A stretch of DNA of 64,000 bases from an uncultured Bacteroidales bacterium (GTDB taxonomy: Bacteria > Bacteroidota > Bacteroidia > Bacteroidales > F082): positions 108,259 through 172,258 of the forward strand of contig ONFF01000001.1 of assembly GCA_900317055.1 (NCBI GenBank). The letters are read 5' to 3'. Within the stretch, counting starts at the first letter, position 1, and every line of letters starts with the position of its first letter. Below the pieces are notes generated by a model that saw only the letters and a program-made list of their open reading frames with translations, was not told the origin of the DNA and searched no databases. The position numbers were made by a program, and so were the translations under genes. Shown in pieces: positions 45,376 through 54,784 of the stretch.

Positions 45376-46940
45376 TTAATCTTCCAGCAGTTCAACGGTT
45401 CCGTGTCCAAAACACCTTTTTTCATTGCCCAGTCGATGAAAAGAGAGCGTAGGTCGCGCTCGCTTTGCCAAACGACATGGTTCTTGATGTCCTCTTGTGC
45501 CCAGCCGATGCCGTTGATGAGGTGGTTGCCACCACCCATCGAGCGGTAGGAATTCATCACCACATTATAGGTCTTCTCCATGTCGAAGGGTGTGCCGTCG
45601 GCCATGCTGAGGATGTTGATGCGTTCGCCCATGGGGTTCTTGTCGGTCACCTCGTAGCGTATGCCCGCGGCGCAGTCAAAGTTGTAGATGGGACTCTTCA
45701 TCTCGTAGGCGTACTCAAGGAAGTCTTTCACTTTCTTGCCTGTCAAGGCCATGACGGCCAGTGAGTTTTCGAAGGGATACCAGGTGAAGAAGTCCTTGAC
45801 TTTCAGCATCCCCGCCTCGATGGTCTTGCCGCCGCTGAGGGGCGCTGCCATTGAGATATCGGCATGGATACCTTCGGCTTCGATAGTTTCCAACTGGCAG
45901 CGATGGATCTCATCGACCCAGAGGCAAGGCCCGTTGAAGGCCTCATCACTACTAATGCTGACGGGCAGTTCGGCTACTTCGCGCTGTTGGAAAGCCTCGG
46001 AGCGGTCTAGATAGGGTTGGACCATGGCCAGGAAGGCTTCGTCTTTTTCTTCGCCGTCAGTAGGCACTAGCTCAACGCTGATTTGGGGCTTCTGGCCTTT
46101 CTTTAGCGTCACTTCGGCCTTGGCTATTCCTTGGGCGCGATTGCCCGAGTTGAGCACATACACAGGTTCGCCATTGGGATTCATCACTTTTTCGGCTCGG
46201 GCACGATGGTCGTGGCCATAGAAGATCAAATCGAAACCAGCAATGTTTTCTGCAACCCATTTCGTAGCATTTTCGCGACCAAGAGGATGGCCTTCAGGCA
46301 GATTCTGAGCTTGTGGCTCCCAACCCGAGTGGAACAAGCCCACCATCAAGTCAGGATGCTCTTTATCTTTGATAAGGTTTACCCATTTTTCGGCTGCGGC
46401 CTCGAGTTGCTCAAAGCGTAATCCAGGACGCAATCTGTCTGGTACCCAAGTGACTACATAGGGAGTCAATAGACCGAGTACGGCAACCTTGAAACCGTCG
46501 CGTTCCAAAACAATATAAGGTGTGAAATAAGGCTCTCCCGTAGCTTCGTCGATGACATTGGCGGCTAAGACAGGCACCTTGGTCTCGGCATATACGCGGT
46601 CGAACACCTTGCGGCCGGCTTCAATGTCGTGGTTGCCCACGCATGCCACATCGTAAGGGAAATAGTTAAGTACTTCCGAAACCAGGTTAGGATGTTCAGC
46701 ATCTTGGTTTGAGCAATATTGGAACGGTGTGCCTTGCATATCGTCACCATTGTCCACTAAGATGAGTCTGCTACCCAATTCATTCTTCATCTGCTTGATG
46801 AGATGTGCATCGTTTGCAAATTCATCGTAACGACCATGAGTATCAGTGGTTTCGATAAGTGTCAGGGTGGTTTCTTTTGGGGCGCATGAAGCCATAAACG
46901 CAGTCAGAGCAAACATAAGGGCGAGTTTTTTTGTTTTCAT
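45372..46940 (-). CDS. bifunctional metallophosphatase/5'-nucleotidase lipoprotein
   Basis: Lipobox AFMASC, metallophosphoesterase motifs TDTHGR, DNGDDMQG and GNHD, and a C-terminal 5'-nucleotidase domain. The stop overlaps the DUF2851 start (ATGA). Confidence 0.85.
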   Translation of the reverse strand: MKTKKLALMFALTAFMASCAPKETTLTLIETTDTHGRYDEFANDAHLIKQMKNELGSRLILVDNGDDMQGTPFQYCSNQDAEHPNLVSEVLNYFPYDVACVGNHDIEAGRKVFDRVYAETKVPVLAANVIDEATGEPYFTPYIVLERDGFKVAVLGLLTPYVVTWVPDRLRPGLRFEQLEAAAEKWVNLIKDKEHPDLMVGLFHSGWEPQAQNLPEGHPLGRENATKWVAENIAGFDLIFYGHDHRARAEKVMNPNGEPVYVLNSGNRAQGIAKAEVTLKKGQKPQISVELVPTDGEEKDEAFLAMVQPYLDRSEAFQQREVAELPVSISSDEAFNGPCLWVDEIHRCQLETIEAEGIHADISMAAPLSGGKTIEAGMLKVKDFFTWYPFENSLAVMALTGKKVKDFLEYAYEMKSPIYNFDCAAGIRYEVTDKNPMGERINILSMADGTPFDMEKTYNVVMNSYRSMGGGNHLINGIGWAQEDIKNHVVWQSERDLRSLFIDWAMKKGVLDTEPLNCWKIK

Positions 46941-47043
46941 TGTGATGCCGTTTTGGAGCGATAAAAGTAGGACTTTTTCTGCCATCTGTGACGAAATAAG
47001 GATTTTTTTTTCGCCAAATGCAGCGGAATATAAGAATTATCCG

Positions 47044-47051
47044 TATTTTTG
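47044..47051 (+). promoter_or_regulatory. -7 box TATTTTTG
   Basis: Lies 28 nt before the ATG at 47079. Confidence 0.5.
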
Positions 47052-47078
47052 TGGCACAATTCCAAGACCGTTTGTGCC

Positions 47079-47372
47079 ATGGCCGACTTGAGTATCATAG
47101 TATCCGAGATTGAGCTGAAATTGAGGAAATTGCTTGATGAGAAGAATCGGTTAGGGGTCGAAAACAAGCGGCTCACCGAGGAAAACGAAGCATTGGACAA
47201 GGAAAATCTGATGCTGCGCCAATCGGTGGCGGAGTTGCAGGACAAAATAAATAAATCTACAATTGTTAACGTACTCGACAACGAGGGAGAAGTAGAAGAA
47301 GGAAGAAAGCTCATCAAAGAGTTGGTGAAGGAGATTGACCGGTGCGTTTCGATTTTGAATAGTAAGGAATAA
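47079..47372 (+). CDS. coiled-coil protein (ZapB-like position upstream of zapA)
   Basis: 97 aa with heptad-rich sequence (LRKLLDEKNRLGVENKRLTEENEALDKENLMLRQSVAELQDKI). The assignment rests on composition and position only. Confidence 0.6.
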   Translation: MADLSIIVSEIELKLRKLLDEKNRLGVENKRLTEENEALDKENLMLRQSVAELQDKINKSTIVNVLDNEGEVEEGRKLIKELVKEIDRCVSILNSKE

Positions 47373-47396
47373 CTCAGATACTTGAAAGTCAGCGAG

Positions 47397-47681
47397 ATGG
47401 ATGAGATTACAATCAATATCAATCTGTTGGATAGACCCTACCGCCTGTCGGTGGCTCGCGCTGACGAAGAAAAGGTCCGCAAGGCCGGCAACCTCATCAA
47501 TGAGAGGATAAAGTATTATTCAAAGCATTATGCGTATAAGGATGTACAGGATTTGCTTTCGATGACCGCCTTGCAGTTTGCCACATCGGTGGTGAAGATG
47601 GATACTGAACTGACCTATCGCAATCAGAATCTGGAGCGCAAGCTGGAAGATTTGAACAACTTATTGAGCGAACAATCATAG
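47397..47681 (+). CDS. zapA: cell division protein ZapA
   Basis: ITININLLDRPYRLSVARADEEKVRKAGNLINERI ... LSMTALQFA. The ORF-track start at 47382 is TTG; the ATG is at 47397. Confidence 0.85.
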   Translation: MDEITININLLDRPYRLSVARADEEKVRKAGNLINERIKYYSKHYAYKDVQDLLSMTALQFATSVVKMDTELTYRNQNLERKLEDLNNLLSEQS

Positions 47682-47713
47682 TTTCACGCCAATCCGTGGA
47701 ATCGTTCTTTGAA

Positions 47714-47914
47714 GATCTGGAACTGCCTGTTCAGCGCATTTGGTAAACTCAACACTATCAACACATCAATCGGTCTACTCGCGCTCTGTAAAAACAGGCC
47801 TCATTCCCTTCGGGGAAGTACCTTCTGGTGCCGGTGGACGTTTGCGCAACGCGGTGGCCACAAGCGTATCTATTGGGGTTTACGCATATCCCAACGGACA
47901 GGCAGTTTCTCTTG
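47714..47914 (+). ncRNA. candidate structured RNA (6S-like, or rny leader)
   Basis: The 270-nt gap has no credible ORF. A 14-bp long-range helix joins 47719-47732 to 47896-47909, extended by 47740-47743/47891-47894 and 47744-47750/47876-47882. A G-free A/C-rich strand lies at 47744-47770, an internal hairpin ttccc-ttcg-gggaa is present, and a T-run follows at 47925-47930. Confidence 0.35.
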
Positions 47915-47951
47915 TTTCCTCCTCTTTTTTCGAGTAAAAACAGAGTTTAAA

Positions 47952-49514
47952 ATGTTATTACTCACCATTACACCGATTATCATCGCCGCAATTGTTGCCT
48001 TAGTCGTGGGGCTTGCGGTGGGTTATTTCATCACGTCAACCCTGCTGAAGAAAGCAGTCACCAAAGAAGAAACCGCCTTGCTCGAAGAAGCCAAGGAAAA
48101 AGCCGAAGTCATCAAGAAGGAACGCATTTTGCAAGCCAAGGAGAAGTTCCTGCAAATGAAGGACGAACATGAAAAGGCTTGCGAAGAACGTAACCGCGCT
48201 GCCCAAAAGGTGGAACAGAAAGCCAACCAACTGAAACAGGATGCCAGCCAGAAGATGGATGAGGCACAGCGTAAGGCCAAAGAGGTGCAAGCCGCACAAC
48301 AGAAACTGGAGAGCCAGATAGATACCTTTAACAAGAAGAAAGCCGAACTCGACCGTATCTACAGCGAAGAGACGAAGAAATTGGAGACTATTTCGGGTCT
48401 GTCGGCAAAAGAAGCCAAGGATCAACTCGTTGAACTGATTAAGGAAGACGCTCAGGCTGATGCCATGGTCTATGTGAAGGAAGTCACCGAAGAGGCTAAG
48501 ATGAGCGCTGCCCAGACAGCCAAGAAGATTGTGCTTGAGACCATCCAACGCACTGCCTCAGAAACGGCCATCGAAAACACTGTCAGCGTGTTCAATATTG
48601 AAAATGATGAGATTAAGGGTCGCATCATCGGTCGCGAAGGTCGTAATATCCGCACCCTTGAGTCGCTTACTGGCGTCGAAATTATCATCGACGACAGCCC
48701 AGATGCCATCCTTATCTCTGGTTTCGATCCGATTCGCCGCGAAATCGCCCGCCTCTCCTTGCAGAAACTTGTGGTCGATGGCCGCATCCACCCCGCCCGT
48801 ATCGAAGAGGTGGTGCATAAAGTGGAAAAGCAAGTGGATCAGGAGATTATGGAAACAGGTAAACGCACTTGCATTGACCTTGGCGTCCACAACCTCAGCC
48901 CTGAGCTGATTAAGATGATTGGTCGCATGAAATACCGCACAAGTTACGGTCAGAACTTGCTGCAACACTCCATTGAGACTGCTAAGCTCTGCGCCACCAT
49001 GGCTGCCGAACTTGGTCTCAATGTGAAAGCCGCCAAGCGTGCTGGTCTCTTGCACGACATCGGTAAAGTGGCTGAGAACGAAGAGGAACTGCCGCATGCC
49101 ATCTTGGGTATGAAGGTCGCTGAGCGTCTGAAAGAGAAACCCGACATCTGCAACGCCATCGGTGCTCACCACGAGGAAATCGAGATGGACAACCTGATTT
49201 CGCCCATCGTACAGGTGTGCGACGCCATCTCAGGTGCCCGTCCGGGTGCCCGCCGCGAGGTGGTGGAGGCCTATATCCAGCGTCTGAACAAGCTGGAGGA
49301 GATGGCCATGAGCTATCCGGGTGTGGTGAAGACCTATGCCATCCAGGCTGGCCGTGAGCTTCGCGTCATCGTGGGTGCCGACAAGGTGAGCGACCAAGAC
49401 GCTGACCGCATCGCCTACGACCTCTCGAAGCAGATCCAGACCGAAATGACCTATCCGGGTCAAATCAAGATTACGGTCATCCGCGAGACGAGAGCCGTTC
49501 AGTACGCAAAGTAG
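47952..49514 (+). CDS. rny: ribonuclease Y
   Basis: N-terminal TM helix, a long coiled coil, a KH domain ([21 protein letters not shown]) and an HD domain (LLHDIGK, GAHHEE). The ATG (MLLLTITP) is at 47952. Confidence 0.95.
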   Translation: MLLLTITPIIIAAIVALVVGLAVGYFITSTLLKKAVTKEETALLEEAKEKAEVIKKERILQAKEKFLQMKDEHEKACEERNRAAQKVEQKANQLKQDASQKMDEAQRKAKEVQAAQQKLESQIDTFNKKKAELDRIYSEETKKLETISGLSAKEAKDQLVELIKEDAQADAMVYVKEVTEEAKMSAAQTAKKIVLETIQRTASETAIENTVSVFNIENDEIKGRIIGREGRNIRTLESLTGVEIIIDDSPDAILISGFDPIRREIARLSLQKLVVDGRIHPARIEEVVHKVEKQVDQEIMETGKRTCIDLGVHNLSPELIKMIGRMKYRTSYGQNLLQHSIETAKLCATMAAELGLNVKAAKRAGLLHDIGKVAENEEELPHAILGMKVAERLKEKPDICNAIGAHHEEIEMDNLISPIVQVCDAISGARPGARREVVEAYIQRLNKLEEMAMSYPGVVKTYAIQAGRELRVIVGADKVSDQDADRIAYDLSKQIQTEMTYPGQIKITVIRETRAVQYAK

Positions 49515-49516
49515 TC

Positions 49517-49612
49517 TGACGATGGCCTATGGCTTATGACTATGGCTCACTTTATGAAAAGGTTGGCCTTAGTCAAGAGTGAGCCATAGGCCATAGTCAT
49601 TAGCCATAGTCA
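49517..49612. repeat. intergenic hairpin with arms made of TATGGC-type short repeats
   Basis: tgacgatggcctatggcttatgactatggctcac (49517-49550) pairs with gtgagccataggccatagtcattagccatagtca (49579-49612). It fills the whole rny to radical-SAM gap. Confidence 0.75.
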
Positions 49613-49615
49613 AAA

Positions 49616-50371
49616 ATGATCAGAGAAGAAACTGTTTTCGGCCCCATCCATAGCCGTCGTCTTGGCAGCTCGTTGGGAATCAATCTGTTGCCTGAAAAAG
49701 GAAAGATTTGCACATTTGATTGCATCTATTGCGAATGCGGTTGGAACAAGGACGGTCGCGATGACCTCAAACTGCCCTCGGCTGAAAAGGTTCGCAAAGC
49801 CTTGGAAACCAAGTTGCAACAATGCCAAAAAGATGGCGTGAACATCGACTCCATCACTTTCAGCGGCGACGGCGAACCGACCATCAACCCTGAGTTTCCG
49901 CAGATTATAGACGACACCATCACTTTGCGCGACAAGTATTATCCTAAATCGAAGATCACCGTGCTGTCTAATGCCACTATGGTACACAAATCTGAGGTGT
50001 TCAATGCATTGCGCAAAGTCGACAACCCGACGATGAAAATCGATGCCCCAACCAACGAATTGATTGAAAAGATCAACCATCCTGCACCAGGCTATGACAT
50101 CCATCGCGTGGTCGAGGCCTTGAAACAGTTCAAAGGTGACTTCATTTTGCAGACCATGTTCTTGAAAAGCAAGGATTTCGACTCGTCAAGCCCTGAAGTG
50201 ATGAAGGGTTGGATGGACATTGTGCACCAATTAAAACCGCGCGAAATCATGGCCTACACCATCGACAGGCCTACTCCCGAAGAGGGTTTGCAAAAATTCA
50301 CCGTCGACGAAATGAGGGCTTTGGTGCAGCCGCTCATCGACGAGGGTTTTGTGATTCAGATTAAGGGATAA
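49616..50371 (+). CDS. radical SAM protein
   Basis: CTFDCIYCEC (CX3CX2C) near the N-terminus; 251 aa. Confidence 0.85.
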   Translation: MIREETVFGPIHSRRLGSSLGINLLPEKGKICTFDCIYCECGWNKDGRDDLKLPSAEKVRKALETKLQQCQKDGVNIDSITFSGDGEPTINPEFPQIIDDTITLRDKYYPKSKITVLSNATMVHKSEVFNALRKVDNPTMKIDAPTNELIEKINHPAPGYDIHRVVEALKQFKGDFILQTMFLKSKDFDSSSPEVMKGWMDIVHQLKPREIMAYTIDRPTPEEGLQKFTVDEMRALVQPLIDEGFVIQIKG

Positions 50372-50373
50372 AC

Positions 50374-51543
50374 TTATTCCTTTCCCACATTCATTCTGCC
50401 CAGCAACCTCAGCCAAGGCGACAGGAAGGCGAAAAGGAAATCGTATAGGATGAGCCCCGGCAACAGGCCTTTTTCGCCCAAACGCTTTGATGCTTTGTGA
50501 TAGATAAACAATTGTGAGCCAAAGCGTAAGAGGAAGAAAAATACCAAAATGGGGATATAGAATACAGCTCCGTTGGCAATGGTAAAGGCGGGTCTGGCAC
50601 AAAGTGCAATCAGTGCGATAAATGACACATAGAAAAGGAGTTGTGAGCCGTAAAACAGACTCAGCATCAAGCGCGAGTGTCCATTGTATTTGGAGACGGT
50701 GGAATAACGGCTGCTCTTTTGACGCATCCAGAGCTTGAAACTGTTCGTCGGAGTGGTGAGGATGGCGTTTTCAGCATCGATGAGGACTTCGGTGTTCTTT
50801 TTTGTGGCCACCTTGTTGATGAACAAATCATCTTCTCCTACCGAGGTGGTGTAATGAGAAATGAAGCCTTGGTTCCTGTAAAACAGCTCTTTGCGGTAGG
50901 AAAGGTTCTTGCCGATGCCCATATAGGCATGACGGTTCAAGGCGGCAGAAAGGTAGAGTAGGGCATTTTGCAAGGCATCGAAACGCATGATGCGGTTCAG
51001 TCTGCTTTTCTTTTGCACATATGGGCTGTAACCAATGACGATTTCGGTTTGGTTGTTGTAGCGGTTCACCACGCTGCGCAGCCATTGGTCGTTGACCGGC
51101 ATGCAGTTGCAGTCGGTGAGGACGATGAGGTCGTTTTGCGCCGACTTGATGCCCATCGAGAGCGGGAACTTCTTGCCGTTGAAGAAGTTGAGGTGCTGCT
51201 TGAGTTGCACGGGCTTCACGCGGCTCTCCTTGCGCTCCAGGTCTTTCAGGTATTCCTCGGTTTCGTCGTCGGAGCAATCGTTCACCACAACGATTTCGAA
51301 ATCAGGGTAATCCTGCTGGAGTAACGCTGGGATGAGTTCGATGAGATATTCGTAGGCATCACGCGCACAGAGCACTACTGAGACAGGCTCCAGTTCCTCG
51401 TCCAATTTCGGGCGCGCGTTCCTCTTGTAGAAAGCCACTTTCGAGAAAAAGCCCCAATGATAGATCAATTGGATGATGAGGCAGATTCCAAATACAATTA
51501 AAATGATGAAACTAAGGCTGTTATAGTTAAAACTGAATTGCAT
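50374..51543 (-). CDS. family 2 glycosyltransferase, membrane-bound
   Basis: VSVVLCARDAYEYL...DFEIVVVNDCSDDETEEYL with TM helices at both ends. Confidence 0.85.
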   Translation of the reverse strand: MQFSFNYNSLSFIILIVFGICLIIQLIYHWGFFSKVAFYKRNARPKLDEELEPVSVVLCARDAYEYLIELIPALLQQDYPDFEIVVVNDCSDDETEEYLKDLERKESRVKPVQLKQHLNFFNGKKFPLSMGIKSAQNDLIVLTDCNCMPVNDQWLRSVVNRYNNQTEIVIGYSPYVQKKSRLNRIMRFDALQNALLYLSAALNRHAYMGIGKNLSYRKELFYRNQGFISHYTTSVGEDDLFINKVATKKNTEVLIDAENAILTTPTNSFKLWMRQKSSRYSTVSKYNGHSRLMLSLFYGSQLLFYVSFIALIALCARPAFTIANGAVFYIPILVFFFLLRFGSQLFIYHKASKRLGEKGLLPGLILYDFLFAFLSPWLRLLGRMNVGKE

Positions 51544-51633
51544 CGCTTCGATATGTTTTAGTTTTGCAAAGGTAATAAAAATGTGGATTTCTTGATGGCA
51601 AAAAGCAAGTTTTTTGAAAGATAATTCGATGAT

Positions 51634-51765
51634 GAGATTCCTTAGGGAATGGAGTTGTCATTTGTTTTGTTTACCAGTGGCGGCTTGTGTCGTTTACTGT
51701 TGGTAGGCTCAACCCGCCGCCGCTATTAGATTAATGACCTACCTCCATTCCCCGCAGGGGAATCT
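51634..51765. repeat. ~130-bp structured element with terminal inverted repeats (copy B; MITE-like)
   Basis: Ends gagattccttagggaatggagt and acctccattccccgcaggggaatct. Subterminal ttaccagtggcggc and gccgccgctattagattaat match copy A (5671-5798) in the same orientation; the centre is diverged. Confidence 0.75.
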
Positions 51766-51789
51766 TTGGACTTGCATCAAAAAAAGTCG

Positions 51790-51797
51790 TACTTTTG
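51790..51797 (+). promoter_or_regulatory. -7 box TACTTTTG for tgt
   Basis: Lies 16 nt before the ATG at 51813. Confidence 0.5.
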
Positions 51798-51812
51798 CGC
51801 AAAATTACAACG

Positions 51813-52943
51813 ATGAATTTCACTATTGCTGCTAACGACCCGAAAAGCAACGCCCGTGCTGGCTTGCTCACCACTGGCCACGGCCCGATTGAGACTCCAA
51901 TATTCATGCCCGTGGGCACGGCAGGCACAGTAAAGGCATGCCATTTGCGCGATGTGCGCGATGAGGTGAAGGCGCAAATCATCTTGGGCAACACCTATCA
52001 TCTCTATCTGCGCCCTGGCCTAGAGGTGCTGGAAACCGTCGGAGGATTGCATAAGTTCAATGGTTGGGATCGTCCCATTTTGACCGATAGTGGTGGCTTT
52101 CAGGTGTTTTCGCTCACGGGTATCCGCAAGATGAAGGAGGAAGGTGTGACCTTTCAGTCGCATATCGACGGTTCGCGCCATCTATTCACTCCCGAGCGTG
52201 TGATGGACATACAGCGGAGTATTGGTGCCGACATCATGATGGCCTTCGACGAATGCACTCCTGGCACGGCAGACTATAAATATGCCAAGCCCTCCATGGA
52301 GCGCACCCACCGCTGGCTCGACCGTTGCATCGAGCGGTTCAATGCCACCGAGCCCAAATATGGCTACGAGCAGGCTCTGTTCCCCATTGTGCAGGGCTGT
52401 GTCTACCGCGACCTGCGCGAACAATCGGCGGAATACATCGCTTCGAAGAATGCTGACGGCAATGCCATCGGCGGATTGGCCGTGGGCGAGCCGACTGAGA
52501 AGATGTACGAGATGATTGAGTTGGTGAACACCATCCTGCCTAAGGACAAACCGCGTTATCTGATGGGCGTAGGCACACCAGCCAATATTCTTGAGGGTAT
52601 CTCGCGCGGTGTCGACATGTTCGACTGCGTGATGCCTACACGCAATGGGCGTAACGGCATGATTTTCACATCGGAAGGCATCATCAATCTGAAGAATGAG
52701 AAGTGGAAGCTCGACTTCTCGCCCGTCGACCCCAATGGCGAAACTTTCGTCGATGCACAATATACGAGGGCCTATCTCCGTCATTTGTTCGTCGCAGGCG
52801 AAATCCTCGGTCCCATGATTGCCAGCTTGCATAACATCGGTTTCTACCTTTGGTTAGTGCGCGAAGCCCGCAAGCACATCATCGCCGGAGACTTTGCCGA
52901 GTGGCGCGACATGATGCTCCAAAAAGTTACAAGAAGGCTTTAA
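51813..52943 (+). CDS. tgt: tRNA-guanosine(34) transglycosylase
   Basis: GPIETPIFMPVGT, LTDSGGFQVFSL, AFDECTP, GLAVGE and MGVGTP motifs. The ORF-track start at 51795 is TTG. Confidence 0.95.
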   Translation: MNFTIAANDPKSNARAGLLTTGHGPIETPIFMPVGTAGTVKACHLRDVRDEVKAQIILGNTYHLYLRPGLEVLETVGGLHKFNGWDRPILTDSGGFQVFSLTGIRKMKEEGVTFQSHIDGSRHLFTPERVMDIQRSIGADIMMAFDECTPGTADYKYAKPSMERTHRWLDRCIERFNATEPKYGYEQALFPIVQGCVYRDLREQSAEYIASKNADGNAIGGLAVGEPTEKMYEMIELVNTILPKDKPRYLMGVGTPANILEGISRGVDMFDCVMPTRNGRNGMIFTSEGIINLKNEKWKLDFSPVDPNGETFVDAQYTRAYLRHLFVAGEILGPMIASLHNIGFYLWLVREARKHIIAGDFAEWRDMMLQKVTRRL

Positions 52944-52988
52944 GTCCCGCGCCTCGCAGTCTCGTAGTCCCGCAGTCAAAAAAAGTAA

Positions 52989-54068
52989 ATGAGAAAAATA
53001 GACGCATATATCTTCAAGAAGTATCTTGGCACTTTTTTCTTTGCCATCTCGATGCTGATTTTGGTCGTCATCATTTTCGATGTGTCCGAAAACATCGACA
53101 GCTTCCTGAAGCACAATGCGCCTTGGCAACGCGTGGTGGTCGACTACTACATCATGTCGATACCTTATTATATCAACCTTTTCATCCATTTATTCGCCTT
53201 TATCGCCGTGGTGTTTTTCACTTCCAAAATGGCTGCCCGTACCGAAATTGTGGCCATTTTGAGTAGCGGCATCAGTTTTTGGCGCTTTCTCGTTCCCTAT
53301 ATGTTTGCGGCAATTTGCATTGCAGTTATGTCGTTATACTTTGGTAACTTCTTGATTCCCAAGACCAACGAAATTCGACGACAGTTCAAGGATGAGTACA
53401 TGGAGAAACTGAGCCAAAGTGCAGGACGCAATGTGCATGTCCAAATTGAAAAGGATGAGTATGTGTATGTGGAAAGCTATAACATCGCTAAGCAACTTGG
53501 TTATAAGTTCTCGTGGGAAAGATATGATGGTAGCGAGTTGAAATACAAGGTGATGGCCGATATTCTTTATCATGATACGGTTGCTGTCAACAGCTGGAAA
53601 ATCGACCCATATGCCATTCGAAACATCGATGGGAAAGAGGAAACCTTGCTGAAAGGCCGCAATCTTGACACTTTGTTCAACTTGTATCCCACCGACTTGT
53701 ATATGATGAAGGAAGACTTTGAGGAGATGGACTTTTTCGAGTTGCGCGACCAGATTCAAGGCATGAAGGAGAAAGGCTCTGAGGGCGTGAAGGCCTACCA
53801 GGTGGAGATGCACACCCGCATGTCAGCACCTGCTGCGGTGCTCATCTTGACTCTTATCGGTGCAGCCCTTTCAAGCCGAAAGGTGAGGGGTGGTATCGGT
53901 ATGCACTTGGGTATCGGCATCACCATCGCATTCGCCTACATCCTTTTCATGCAGATATCCAAGTCGTTTGCCATCTCGGGCAGCCTGTCGCCCTTCCTCG
54001 CCGCATGGATTCCCAATTTCATCTTTTGTGTGTTAGGCATCTACTTGCTGATAAAAGCGCCAAAATAA
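52989..54068 (+). CDS. LptF/LptG-family (YjgP/YjgQ) permease
   Basis: MRKIDAYIFKKYLGTFFFAISMLILVVIIFDVSENIDSF, with six TM helices and a central periplasmic domain. Confidence 0.85.
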   Translation: MRKIDAYIFKKYLGTFFFAISMLILVVIIFDVSENIDSFLKHNAPWQRVVVDYYIMSIPYYINLFIHLFAFIAVVFFTSKMAARTEIVAILSSGISFWRFLVPYMFAAICIAVMSLYFGNFLIPKTNEIRRQFKDEYMEKLSQSAGRNVHVQIEKDEYVYVESYNIAKQLGYKFSWERYDGSELKYKVMADILYHDTVAVNSWKIDPYAIRNIDGKEETLLKGRNLDTLFNLYPTDLYMMKEDFEEMDFFELRDQIQGMKEKGSEGVKAYQVEMHTRMSAPAAVLILTLIGAALSSRKVRGGIGMHLGIGITIAFAYILFMQISKSFAISGSLSPFLAAWIPNFIFCVLGIYLLIKAPK

Positions 54069-54170
54069 TCTGAAAATCAACAGATTGTTATTTTTCTGCA
54101 AAAAATTAGGCTCCTTTTGCCGACTTTTCTTTATTTTAGCAACTTCTTATCACCCTAAAACAAGAGTATT

Positions 54171-54782
54171 ATGCACATAGCAGTAGCTGGAAACATAGGT
54201 TCGGGCAAGACCACTCTTACGGGACTCTTGGCCAAGCATTTCAATTGGAAGCCTCATTATGAGGAGGTGGAGCATAACCCTTATCTCGATAGTTTCTACG
54301 AGGATATGCAACGATGGTCGTTCAACATCCAGATATTCTTCCTCAACAGCCGCTTCCGTCAGGTGATGGATATCCGCAATAGCGGCGAGGATGTCATCCA
54401 AGACCGTACTATCTACGAAGATGCCCATATTTTTGCAGCCAACCTCTATTCCATGGGCTTGATGGAAACCCGTGATTTTGAGAATTATCAATCGCTGTTC
54501 GAACTGATGACCAAGTTCCTCCAACCGCCCGATTTGCTGATTTATCTCCGTGCCTCCGTGCCTACCTTAATCAGGCATATTGCCAAGCGCAACCGTGAGT
54601 TTGAACAGTCAATCAGCATTAGCTACCTGACCAACCTTAACGAGCGTTACGAGAAATGGATCAACAGCTACAATGACGGCAAACTGCTTATCATCGACAC
54701 CGACAACCTTGAGCTCGAGAATCCTGAAGACCTCAGCACTGTCGTCGATCGCATTGAAGGCTCACTTAATGGATTGTTCTGA
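54171..54782 (+). CDS. deoxynucleoside kinase
   Basis: P-loop IAVAGNIGSGKTT, with YEEVEHNPYLDSFY and FNIQIFFLNSRF. Confidence 0.88.
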   Translation: MHIAVAGNIGSGKTTLTGLLAKHFNWKPHYEEVEHNPYLDSFYEDMQRWSFNIQIFFLNSRFRQVMDIRNSGEDVIQDRTIYEDAHIFAANLYSMGLMETRDFENYQSLFELMTKFLQPPDLLIYLRASVPTLIRHIAKRNREFEQSISISYLTNLNERYEKWINSYNDGKLLIIDTDNLELENPEDLSTVVDRIEGSLNGLF

Positions 54783-54784
54783 TT

